Positions 53,146-63,375 are shown, counted from the stretch's first letter. The stretch is DNA of 64,000 bases from SAR202 cluster bacterium (GCA_016872515.1 VGZR01000001.1:80475-144474), one strand, 5' to 3'. Notes: generated from the letters alone by a model not told the origin. Made by a program: numbers and translations.

Positions 53146-54474
53146 ATGCGTATCCTGGCAACCGTCCTCTTAGCCGCGTTGGCAGCCTCGCTCCTTGGCT
53201 TCGGCCCCGAGCCGACGCCAACGCCGCAACAGGAGGGCAGCTTCTCCGAGACCCGCCCCGCCATACGCATGATCTCGTCGTCCCACGACATCCAGTTCGC
53301 CGAGCGGATCGTGTTCTGCATGGAAGCCGAGGCCGACTCATCTATCGAAGAGGTCACCTTCTACTACCGCCTCGGCGGCAAGAACGTGCTGGTCTTCGGC
53401 TACCCCGATTTCGAGCGCGGGCAGCATGTCGCCGCCGAGTTCGAGGTGGACACGGGCGTCGCTGGCGGATTCCTCCCTTCCGGTATAGACATCGAATACC
53501 ACTACGTCATCGTGGACGCCGCAGGCCGCCGCCTGGAGACGCTGCCGCAACGTCTCGAATACCTCAACCCCAGGTTCGGCTGGCAACGGTTGAGCCTGGA
53601 GAATTTCGTCATGCTCTGGCACGACCGCCCTCGGGCCGAGGCCGCCGCCGTCGCCGAGAAGGTCAACGCGCGCCTCGCAAACGTGAAAGCGCTGCTCGGC
53701 CTGGGCCCTACCAAACGCATGAAGGCGGTTATCCTGAACAACCCCATCGAGGCGCAGCGCAGCTTTCCCAGGGTGAGCCAGACCGCCAGTGACGAACATC
53801 TCTTCGGCGGCTTCGCCTTCAGCGAGTACGACCTGTTCGTCCTGATGGGGCTGGACGAGGACGGCATCGTCCATGAGATGACCCATCTGTTGCTGGACGA
53901 GGCCATGGACTCGCGGCTGGCGAAGGTCCCGGCCTGGCTCAACGAGGGGCTGGCCACCTACTTCGAGCGCATCGCCCAGCGGCGCGACCGAGAGGTGGAC
54001 GACGCGGTGCGCGACGGAGATCTGCTGCCGCTGCGGGCCATGGGCACCGTGCCCGGCAAGCCGGACGACGTCGTGCTGTTCTACGCCCAGTCCCGCGACC
54101 TTGTCCGCTACCTCATAGATGAGCGCGGCGCTGAGGGGATGACTGCCGTCATCAGGGGCCTTTCTGCGGGCACGAAGTTGGAGCAGGCCGTCCAGGATGC
54201 CTACGGCGTCTCCCTTGGTGATTTGGAGGATGACTGGCGGGTCTACATCGGCGCCGAGCCGCTGCCCATTGCTGATGGTTCGACCAGCCCCAGCGTGTTA
54301 GGAAACGAGCCTGACGAACCCATTCCCCAAGACGTCGCGGATGGGTCGGCGCAGCCCCCAGCCAGGAACTCGAGGGGTTTCGGCGGCGCTGGCGTCGTCG
54401 CAGCCGTTGTTGTCCTGGCGGCCATCGCCTCTGCAGCCACCTTCGCGCTCCGCCACACGCGCCGCCCCCGCTAG
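53146..54474 (+). CDS. Secreted, C-terminally anchored MA-clan metallopeptidase-like protein
   Basis: 442 aa. N-terminal signal, HEMTH (HExxH) followed by NEGLATYFE, and a C-terminal TM helix (GAGVVAAVVVLAAIASAATFAL) plus a basic tail. Confidence 0.7.
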   Translation: MRILATVLLAALAASLLGFGPEPTPTPQQEGSFSETRPAIRMISSSHDIQFAERIVFCMEAEADSSIEEVTFYYRLGGKNVLVFGYPDFERGQHVAAEFEVDTGVAGGFLPSGIDIEYHYVIVDAAGRRLETLPQRLEYLNPRFGWQRLSLENFVMLWHDRPRAEAAAVAEKVNARLANVKALLGLGPTKRMKAVILNNPIEAQRSFPRVSQTASDEHLFGGFAFSEYDLFVLMGLDEDGIVHEMTHLLLDEAMDSRLAKVPAWLNEGLATYFERIAQRRDREVDDAVRDGDLLPLRAMGTVPGKPDDVVLFYAQSRDLVRYLIDERGAEGMTAVIRGLSAGTKLEQAVQDAYGVSLGDLEDDWRVYIGAEPLPIADGSTSPSVLGNEPDEPIPQDVADGSAQPPARNSRGFGGAGVVAAVVVLAAIASAATFALRHTRRPR

Positions 54475-54517
54475 TTCCCATTGCGGCTCCATCCGGCTAT
54501 CATTAGCGCCACTTGCA

Positions 54518-55278
54518 ATGAAGCTGCGCATCTTGGGCATCAATAACATGGAGAGCAGGGACACCCGTCTGTCGGGCTACCTGGTGGACGACGTGCTGGC
54601 CCTCGACGCAGGCTCGCTGGCCCGCTCGCTGCGGTTCGACGAGCTCCGCCGCGTCGAGGCCATCCTGCTCTCCCACCGCCACTACGACCACATCCGCGAC
54701 ATACCCGCGCTGCGCTACAGCCTCCGTGATCCCGGCCGCATCGTGGACGTCTTCGGCATCAAGGACACGGCGGATCAGGTGCGCGCCCGCTTCTTCGCGC
54801 CCCCGGCCTGGGACGGCGTGGCGGAGGGCGTGGAGGGCCCGCTGCGCCTCCACGAGGCCGAGCCGTACGAGCCCTTCCAGGTGGCAGGCCACACGGTCAC
54901 TCCGCTGCTCGTGCGCCACAGCGTCCCCGCCACCGGCTACCTCGTCTCCGATGGCCGCGCCAGCCTCTTTTGCACCGATGACACGGGCAGGAGTCTAGAG
55001 GAGGTCTGGAAACGCGCCGCCCCGGACGTGCTCCTCACCGAGGTCGCCCTCGGCGATGCGATGTGGGAGAGGGCGCAGGAGGTCGGCCATATGACGCCAT
55101 CCTTGCTCGCCGAGGAGATGGCTGTCTTCAAGTCCATCCACGGACACTTCCCCGCGTCATCGTCACCCACATGAACCCGCCGTGGGAGCAGGCCATTCGC
55201 GTCGAACTGCCGCCCATCGCCGGTAAGCTGGGCGCTGACATCACCATCGCTGTCCCCGACCAGGTCTTCAGCCTGTGA
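54518..55278 (+). pseudogene. MBL-fold metallo-hydrolase with a 1-nt frameshift near 55140-55153
   Basis: MKLRILG...LSHRHYDHIRD (metal motif) reads in one frame up to ...KSIHGH and then hits a stop at 55172-55174. The expected C-terminus PRVIVTHMNPPWEQAIRVEL...VFSL continues in the adjacent frame (ORF 55063..55278). A C4 run at 55150-55153 is a likely indel site. Confidence 0.75.
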
Positions 55279-55344
55279 ATGCGCCACCAAAGTTCCCGGT
55301 GGACGCGAACCCCAGTCACGGCAAGCTATTGCCCAAAAGAGCTT

Positions 55345-55475
55345 TCACACCCACCTCCATCCTCCCCCCTCAAGGGGGAGGATGGAGAATGCATCAAGGC
55401 CGCGCGCCTTGTGCTCAAGGGCGGCGTGGGGCAACCCTTCTCCCTCGAGGGGGGAAGGCGCAGGATGGGGGTGAG
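55345..55475. repeat. Type-1 mosaic hairpin repeat, copy D (modules permuted)
   Basis: Order is TCACACCC 55345-52, Y hairpin TCCTCCCCC(C)-TCAA-GGGGGAGGA 55360-82, degenerate X hairpin 55436-58, then GGGGGTGAGA 55466-75. Confidence 0.75.
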
Positions 55476-56610
55476 ACGAACGTTGGCTAAGAAGGCAGCG
55501 TTTATCTATGACGACGCCCTTTCCGGGCATGTGCTGAGCGATACGCACCCCATGAAGCCGGTCCGCCTGCGGTACACCTACGAGCTCCTGGAGGCTTATG
55601 GCGTACTGACCGCGCCCACGGCCATGGTGGTGAAGCCTCGCGTGGCCACCGAGGAGGAGGTGCTGCGGCACCACACCCACGCCTACGTGGACGCGGTGAA
55701 GGCCTATAATGTGGGCAAGATGCCGCTGAACCCTGAGCGGTACAACTTCGCCGCGGGCGACAACCCGCCCTACAAGGGCGTGTACGACGCGGCCCTGCTG
55801 TCCACCGGGGCGTCGCTGACCGCAGTCGAGCTGCTCCTGTCCGGCCAGGCGGACAGGGCTATGAACATCTCCGGCGGGCTGCACCACGCCATGCCCGGCT
55901 ACACCTACGGCTTCTGCGTCTTCAACGACCCGGTCATCGCCATCAAGGCGCTGGTGGACAAGGGCCTGCGGGTCGCCTACGTGGACATAGACTGCCACCA
56001 CGGCGACGGCGTCCAGCACGCCTTCTACGCCACCGACCAGGTGCTCACCATCTCGCTCCACGAGTCGGGGGCGTTCCTGTTCCCCGGGACGGGCTTCGTG
56101 CAGGAGATCGGCGCGGGGAAGGGGAGGGGCTACGCGGTCAACGTGCCGCTGTACCCGTACACGACCTCGGACGTGTACCTGTGGGCCTTTCGTGAGGTCG
56201 TGCCGCCGCTGCTGGAGGCCTTCCGGCCCGACGCGCTGGTGACGCAGCTGGGCATAGACACCCACTACCTCGATCCCATCACCCACATCGCGCAGACGAC
56301 CCAGGGGTTCGGCGACGTGGTGCGCGAGTTCGCCAAGCTCGACACCAAGTGGCTGGCCCTGGGCGGCGGAGGCTACGACCTGCAGGCGGTGGCCCGCTCG
56401 TGGGCGCTGGCCTACGCCATCATGGCGGGCCAGGAGCTGTCCAACGAGATCCCCGCGTCGTACAGCGAGCGGTACGGCATCGCCTCGCTCAAGGACCCCG
56501 ACGACCTGCCCATCCCCCAGGAGGTGCGCAAGGACGTGCGCACCTTCGCCGAGGGCAGCGTCGAGGCCGTCCACCGACTCATCTTCCCCCTCCACGGGAT
56601 ACGGGTTTAA
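55465..56610 (+). CDS. Histone deacetylase-family protein (AcuC/acetoin-utilisation-type deacetylase)
   Basis: Start at ATG 55465 (MGVRRTLAKKAAFIYDD); upstream ORF-track codons are repeat copy D. GGLHHAMPGYTYGFCVFND, DIDCHHGDGVQ, SLHE. Confidence 0.88.
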   Translation: MGVRRTLAKKAAFIYDDALSGHVLSDTHPMKPVRLRYTYELLEAYGVLTAPTAMVVKPRVATEEEVLRHHTHAYVDAVKAYNVGKMPLNPERYNFAAGDNPPYKGVYDAALLSTGASLTAVELLLSGQADRAMNISGGLHHAMPGYTYGFCVFNDPVIAIKALVDKGLRVAYVDIDCHHGDGVQHAFYATDQVLTISLHESGAFLFPGTGFVQEIGAGKGRGYAVNVPLYPYTTSDVYLWAFREVVPPLLEAFRPDALVTQLGIDTHYLDPITHIAQTTQGFGDVVREFAKLDTKWLALGGGGYDLQAVARSWALAYAIMAGQELSNEIPASYSERYGIASLKDPDDLPIPQEVRKDVRTFAEGSVEAVHRLIFPLHGIRV

Positions 56611-56781
56611 CGATAGTTACGGCAGCCGAATATGGCGGAAAATCGGTATCCGTGGTTCCAGCGACTAGGCGAAACCTTCAAGGTCGGGGAAAAGCGTGAT
56701 TCAGTTGATGTTCATCGCTTCCAAACTCCGAAGTATTTCCGCTCTGCGTTTTCCAGTACTCCCAGTCCCCAAGATGAACTG

Positions 56782-57468
56782 TTACACATTGGTGTTCGGT
56801 TTCTCGTTTTGCGCGAATGCGCCAAGGTTCTCCTCGAACCTTGCATTGATGTCGCTGGGGCATAAGCAAGTTCCTCGCTGGTAGGCCATGCGGTTGTTCA
56901 ATAGCATGGGGGTCATATGTAGTACAAACTTGGATGGGGTAAACCTGAAAAGAGCCTGGAAAGACGCTGAGGTGCGACTTCGCTGGTGTTCCACATGAAG
57001 CGAAGCCAGCAATGGAGAGATTGAGCTTAACTGGTTCTTGCACCAATCTGTGTTGACAGCCCAGACGGCCACCTCGCTCCTTCGTTTTGCGTTCTCCAGC
57101 GCGAAATACAGGGCTACAAAGGGGGAATATGTGAAGTCCAACAGACGTGTTGGTGTGCCGTAGTGTTGCATTAGGGCCCACAATTCGTCTCTTTGGTCTC
57201 GATCTGGCACGTCATCCATGTAGTGATCAAGCCGCCTTTGAAATTCGCGGACCCATTGGCTCTCTATTTTCGCCCTTTCTTCGCCGTGTACACCGTACGG
57301 CTCAAATGGGCGCTCTAAGCGAGTCTTGAGATCCCAACGAGCATTGCATTCACCTCTGAATATCCATTGGTCATTCTTTGGTTGCTTCTTGGGATGCAAA
57401 TTATCGACTTTAGGGGCAAAGTCGTCCCATCCGCTGCACCGAACTTGTTCGTACACCGTTGGTATCAC
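56782..57468 (-). CDS. FRG-domain protein in a low-GC islet
   Basis: 228 aa, GTG start with no obvious RBS. WIFRGECNARWDLKTRLER and ALMQHYGTPTRLLDFTYSPFVALYFA are the FRG-domain signatures. Confidence 0.75.
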   Translation of the reverse strand: MIPTVYEQVRCSGWDDFAPKVDNLHPKKQPKNDQWIFRGECNARWDLKTRLERPFEPYGVHGEERAKIESQWVREFQRRLDHYMDDVPDRDQRDELWALMQHYGTPTRLLDFTYSPFVALYFALENAKRRSEVAVWAVNTDWCKNQLSSISPLLASLHVEHQRSRTSASFQALFRFTPSKFVLHMTPMLLNNRMAYQRGTCLCPSDINARFEENLGAFAQNEKPNTNV

Positions 57469-57481
57469 GTCTAGGAATCTT

Positions 57482-57515
57482 TGGGGGACTTCTTCTGGTC
57501 AGAAGAAGTCCCCCA
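57482..57515 (-). terminator. dnaK operon terminator hairpin
   Basis: Perfect 16-bp palindrome TGGGGGACTTCTTCTG-GT-CAGAAGAAGTCCCCCA starting 9 nt after the dnaK stop. The FRG gene start lies only 14 nt beyond it. Confidence 0.7.
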
Positions 57516-57524
57516 GCGTAGTCT

Positions 57525-59438
<1,914 letters not shown>

Positions 59439-59440
59439 AG

Positions 59441-60013
59441 CTACCTCTCCTCGTGTCGCTGTTCGCTTGTATCGGGTTGGTTCTTGGGCTGGGGCGGCCT
59501 GGATACGGTGACCTGCGCCGCACGCAGGAGCCTGTCTTGAAGCCTGTAGCCCTGCCGGACCACGTTCACCACGTGCCCTGGCTCGACGGCGTCGGTCTCG
59601 ACGAAGAACAGGGCTTCGTGCTGGTGCGGATCGTAGGGCTGGCCCTCGGCCTCGATGCGCTTGACGCCCTCGGACTCCAGCACTTGGTCGAGGTTGCGCT
59701 GGACCAGCTTGAGGCCCTCCAGCAGCGCGGCAGGAGCCTGTCCGTTGGCGGCGAACTCCATGGCGCGCCGGAAGTCGTCGGCGACGCCAAGCACCTTGAG
59801 GAGCAGCCTAGAGGCCCCGAACTTGCGGATGTCCTCGAGTTCTTCGGAGGCGTGCCGCTTGTAGTTGGCTAGGTCGGCCTGGGCCCGCTGCGCGATGGTG
59901 CGGAACTGCTCCTTCTCCCGCAGGGCCTCCTCGAGCCGTTGTTCGAGTTGTGCCGCCTCTCCGGGAGTCGAACTCTCATGGGGTGCGGCTGCTGGCTGCT
60001 GTTCACTGGTCAT
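59441..60013 (-). CDS. grpE: Nucleotide exchange factor GrpE
   Basis: 190 aa. Coiled-coil N-terminus and C-terminal beta domain (YDPHQHEA...[14 protein letters not shown]). Confidence 0.92.
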   Translation of the reverse strand: MTSEQQPAAAPHESSTPGEAAQLEQRLEEALREKEQFRTIAQRAQADLANYKRHASEELEDIRKFGASRLLLKVLGVADDFRRAMEFAANGQAPAALLEGLKLVQRNLDQVLESEGVKRIEAEGQPYDPHQHEALFFVETDAVEPGHVVNVVRQGYRLQDRLLRAAQVTVSRPPQPKNQPDTSEQRHEER

Positions 60014-60518
60014 CGTCCGAGACTCCTGTGAGGTCTTCGAGGGTGTCCGAGGTTGGGCCGGTCTGGAGCAGTCTGAACATCTCGTCCAACTGCCTCCCGA
60101 CGTAGGCCCTGAGGCCCTCGCCCTCCAGCGCGTCCAGATGGGAGCGCATCGCGAGGAGCTGGTTGAACAGGTCCAGGACGAGCTGCACCCCTGCCAGGTT
60201 GAGGCCGAGGTCGCCCACCAGGTGCTTGATGAGCCGCAGGCGGGCGATGTCCTCCTCGGAGTAGAGCCTGCGGATGCCGATGGTGCGGAAAGGGGAGATG
60301 AGGCCGACGCGCTCGTACTTGCGCAGCGTCTGGGGGTGCATCTCCAGGATCCGGGCGGCGACGCTGATGATATACACCCCTTGGATGTCCTCGGCCTCCT
60401 CGTGTCCTCGTTCTGCGCAGTGGGCGCGGCCTTCCGCGGCCTGCCCTAAACGCGGGTTGTATGAGGCCGTTCTATGAGAAGAGGGTGGGTCGTTCTGTTG
60501 CGGGTAGCGGTTGGTCAC
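60003..60518 (-). CDS. hspR: HspR-type MerR-family heat-shock repressor (first gene of hspR-grpE-dnaK)
   Basis: GTG 60518 lies 6 nt after GGAG. VYIISVAARILEMHPQTLRKYERVGLISPFRT...RLYSEEDIARLRLI matches the HspR HTH. Overlaps the grpE start by 11 nt. Confidence 0.85.
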   Translation of the reverse strand: MTNRYPQQNDPPSSHRTASYNPRLGQAAEGRAHCAERGHEEAEDIQGVYIISVAARILEMHPQTLRKYERVGLISPFRTIGIRRLYSEEDIARLRLIKHLVGDLGLNLAGVQLVLDLFNQLLAMRSHLDALEGEGLRAYVGRQLDEMFRLLQTGPTSDTLEDLTGVSDDDQ

Positions 60519-60583
60519 CCCTCACTCCATAGGCGCCCGGCGGTTTCCGCAGCCGATTTGATTACGTCCTGATTACATAGGGG

Positions 60584-60612
60584 AGTATAAAATATGATAC
60601 GAGTCGTGTCAA
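60584..60612 (-). promoter_or_regulatory. Near-consensus sigma-70 promoter of hspR-grpE-dnaK
   Basis: On the minus strand: TTGACA (60612-60607), 17 nt, TATACT (60589-60584). The TGATTAC x2 direct repeat (60559-65, 60570-76) lies at and just downstream of the predicted start. Confidence 0.6.
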
Positions 60613-60662
60613 TATACGTTACACGGCGGGATGGAGACGCGAGATGGAACCTCATCCGAGGA

Positions 60663-60684
60663 AAGTGCGTCTAAAGTGCGTCTA
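60663..60684. repeat. Exact tandem 11-bp direct repeat AAGTGCGTCTA x2 in the hspR / Zn-ribbon divergent region
   Basis: Copies at 60663-60673 and 60674-60684 are identical. The pair is nested inside a 10-bp inverted repeat, ATATACGTTA (60612-21) / TAACGTATAT (60683-92). Confidence 0.8.
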
Positions 60685-60852
60685 ACGTATATGAAAGCAC
60701 TCGGCAACGAACGTCAGGAACATCGCGAAAATAAATACTCGGTATCACAAGGCATCCCTTTACAAGATAGTGTGACACGCCGATAATTCGGAGACGTTTC
60801 GGCGGTCGTCCCGGCGAAGCCGGGGTGTAGCCGCGAGAGGAGGCAAGAAACG

Positions 60853-61050
60853 ATGGTTCACTTCAAGAGCTGCCCACGCTGCAAAGGTGACATGCACATC
60901 AATACCGACATGTACGGCTCCTACAAGGAGTGCCTGATGTGCGGGCACATGGTCAACCTGCGCGAAGTCGCCATGGCCGGCACGGCCGTGGATGAGCGGA
61001 CTGCCGTGAAGACCCAAGCCGTTCTGAAGACCAAAAAACGGGCCGCCTAA
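60853..61050 (+). CDS. Small Zn-ribbon protein (65 aa), paralogous to the N-terminal ribbon of 47019..47501
   Basis: RBS GAGAGGAGG. MVHFKSCPRCKGDMHINTDMYGSYKECLMCGH... followed by a basic tail. A strong terminator follows. Confidence 0.65.
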   Translation: MVHFKSCPRCKGDMHINTDMYGSYKECLMCGHMVNLREVAMAGTAVDERTAVKTQAVLKTKKRAA

Positions 61051-61080
61051 CCACCGCCCGTTCCTGGTAAAGGACAACGA

Positions 61081-61121
61081 AGCGCGAGGGCCCCGGCAGT
61101 GCCGGGGCCCTCGCGCTTTTT
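61081..61121 (+). terminator. Intrinsic terminator after the small Zn-ribbon gene
   Basis: 17-bp perfect stem AGCGCGAGGGCCCCGGC-AGT-GCCGGGGCCCTCGCGCT followed by TTTTT. Confidence 0.85.
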
Positions 61122-61153
61122 CTCCACTGGCTTGCCGTGAGCTCAGGCTTTGC

Positions 61154-61765
61154 CTAGAGGTCTTCCCAAAAGCGCTGCTCCTTCCAGGGGTCGCCTTCCA
61201 TGTGGTAGCCACGCGCCTCCCAGAAGCCGGGGGCGTCCTCGGCCATGAACTCCAAGCCGTTCACCCACTTGGCGCTCTTCCACCCGTACCGCTTGGGCAC
61301 GACGAGGCGGAGCGGCCCGCCGTGGTCCGCGGGCAGGTCCTGGCCGTCGTGCCTGTAGGCGAAAAGGACGTCGCTATCAAGCAGCACATCCAGCGCCACG
61401 TTCGTTGTGTAGCCCCCGTAGCAGTGGGCCATGACGAACTTGGCCTCGGGCTTCGGCTTGGTGAGCTTCATCAGATCGGTGAACAGCACGCCCTCCCAGG
61501 TGTTCTCCAGGCGGCTCCACTGAGTCACACAGTGGAACTCGGCGTCCACCGTGGTCTTGGGCAGGCTGGTGAACTGCTGCCAGTCCAGGGTCAGGTCCTG
61601 CTCCACGAGGCCGAAGACCTTGAAACGCCAGTCGCTGAGAGCGATCCTGGGCGTCGGACCGAAGGTAAGGACGGGGAACTTCTGGGTGACGTACTGGCCC
61701 GCCGGGACATGGAGACTCTTCTGGTCCTGGCTGATTTTGGTGACTTGGCCGAGCTTCTTGAGCAT
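61154..61765 (-). CDS. Sulfite-oxidase-like molybdopterin-binding oxidoreductase (single Moco domain)
   Basis: 203 aa. FHCVTQWS (Mo-ligand Cys context), HGGPLRLVVP and WKSAKWV are typical of the small SO-family/YedY-like group. Confidence 0.8.
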   Translation of the reverse strand: MLKKLGQVTKISQDQKSLHVPAGQYVTQKFPVLTFGPTPRIALSDWRFKVFGLVEQDLTLDWQQFTSLPKTTVDAEFHCVTQWSRLENTWEGVLFTDLMKLTKPKPEAKFVMAHCYGGYTTNVALDVLLDSDVLFAYRHDGQDLPADHGGPLRLVVPKRYGWKSAKWVNGLEFMAEDAPGFWEARGYHMEGDPWKEQRFWEDL

Positions 61766-61854
61766 GTTTGTCCTTCCTGGATGCGCTTCCGTTTGGGTAA
61801 ACGCCTACTCCCGGCAGTGGCGTCTCCTATTTTACCCCAAGCCCTAGCTGCGCA

Positions 61855-61974
61855 TACCTGCGCCGTACGCTCGGCCACGGCCACGCGCTTGCCTAGTTTC
61901 GCGGCCTGGATGGCGGCCCGCTGGCCTGCGGGGCCCGACCCGATGACGAACATGTCGTAGTCGTAGTTTCCCAT
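61855..61974 (-). pseudogene. Remnant (first ~40 codons) of an FAD-dependent pyridine nucleotide-disulfide oxidoreductase (SthA/Lpd-like)
   Basis: MGNYDYDMFVIGSGPAGQRAAIQAAKLGKRVAVAERTAQV is a textbook FAD-binding N-terminus with its own GGAGAG RBS. The expected GGxCxxxGCIPSK redox motif is absent in all frames, and the ORF drifts into the start of the next gene. Confidence 0.7.
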
Positions 61975-62082
61975 GCCACTCTCCGTGTCCAGCCGTCCAC
62001 CACGTACGCCCCATTGCATAGCACCTGCTGGCTTTGGCAGCTACAGAACTTGCGTTCACCTTGTTGCTGCTACAATCCAACC

Positions 62083-63375
62083 ATGGCCACATCAACCATC
62101 GAAACACGGCAGACCTGCTCAAAGACCACCCTGGACAGCGGCATCCGCGTCATCACCAGCGAGATGCCCCATACACAGTCCGTTACTATCTGCATCTTCG
62201 TGGGCGTCGGCTCCCGCAACGAGACCGACGAACAGTCCGGCATCTCCCACTTCGTCGAGCACATGGTCTTCAAGGGAACTCACCGCCGCCCCACGCCCAA
62301 GGATGTCAGCGGCGTCATCGAGGGCGTTGGCGGTATCCTGAACGCCGAGACCGACCACGAGTACACAGGCTACTGGTGCAGGGTGCCGAGACCCGACTTC
62401 AAGGAGAGCCTCGACCTTCTGGTGGACATGCTGCGCGATTCACGCCTCGACTCTGCAGACGTCGAGAAGGAGCGTGGGGTCGTCATCGAAGAGTTGGGGA
62501 TGGTTCGCGACAATCCCGAGTACAAGGTCGAGGCGTTGATAGACGAGATGCTCTGGCCAAGCCATCCTTTAGGCCGCGAGGTGGGCGGAACCCGCGAGAC
62601 CGTCTCCGCCTTCACCCGCGAGGCGGTGCAGGAGTACATGGCCCGGTACTACACCGCTTCCAATATCGTCCTCAGCGTCGCGGGCAATGTCACCCACGAT
62701 GAGGTGCTCCGCGAGGCCTCGCGTCTGCTCGCCGGATGGCCCAACGGCAAGCCTCCCCATTGGACGCCTTTCAAGGGCACGCAATCGGCGCCGGCGGTGC
62801 GCGTGGCGTACCGCAAGACCGAACAGGTCTATATCTCTCTTGCCATGCCGGGGATCCACCTGACCCATCCTGACCGGTACAACTTCGATATCCTCAGCGT
62901 CATCATGGGCGAGGGCACGAGCAGCAGGCTGTTCCTCGAGGTGCGCGAGCGGCTTGGGCTGGCCTACGACGTCCACAGCGGCGTCACCCACTTCCGTGAC
63001 TGCGGCGCCTTCTTCGTCAATGCCGGCGTCGCTCCTAAGAAGGTCGCCGACTCCGTCGAAGCTATCATGGGCCAGGTCGCCAAGGCCAAAGAGCTTGTGC
63101 CGGACGACGAACTGGAGATGGCAAAGCGGCTCACAACAGGGCGGCTCATGCTGCGGATGGAAGACACCCGCGCCGTCTCCCACTGGTTCGGCGCTCAGGA
63201 ACTGCTCATGGGAGAGGTACACGAAGCCAGTGAGGTCGCGCGCAATGTGAAAGCGGTTACTTCGGAGGGTGTCCAACGCATCGCCAAGGAGCTGCTCCGG
63301 CCGGACGGCCTCAATCTGGCCGTCGTCGGCCCCTGCCGCTCCAACCGCCGCCTCGAACGCATCGTTACTCTCTAG
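62083..63375 (+). CDS. M16-family (pitrilysin/insulinase-like) zinc peptidase
   Basis: Start at ATG 62083 (MATSTIETRQ). Inverted zinc motif HFVEHMVFKGT and downstream ERGVVIEE. Two M16 halves. Confidence 0.88.
   Translation: MATSTIETRQTCSKTTLDSGIRVITSEMPHTQSVTICIFVGVGSRNETDEQSGISHFVEHMVFKGTHRRPTPKDVSGVIEGVGGILNAETDHEYTGYWCRVPRPDFKESLDLLVDMLRDSRLDSADVEKERGVVIEELGMVRDNPEYKVEALIDEMLWPSHPLGREVGGTRETVSAFTREAVQEYMARYYTASNIVLSVAGNVTHDEVLREASRLLAGWPNGKPPHWTPFKGTQSAPAVRVAYRKTEQVYISLAMPGIHLTHPDRYNFDILSVIMGEGTSSRLFLEVRERLGLAYDVHSGVTHFRDCGAFFVNAGVAPKKVADSVEAIMGQVAKAKELVPDDELEMAKRLTTGRLMLRMEDTRAVSHWFGAQELLMGEVHEASEVARNVKAVTSEGVQRIAKELLRPDGLNLAVVGPCRSNRRLERIVTL

Noticed and set aside
60519-60852. Canonical HAIR (CTTGAGT-N7-ACTCAAG) or CIRCE (TTAGCACTC-N9-GAGTGCTAA) heat-shock operators.
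   Set aside because: Only a half-site-like AAAGCACTC (about 60694-60702) is present, without the partner half at the 9-nt distance, and there is no HAIR match. The other repeats in this region are reported as a finding instead.
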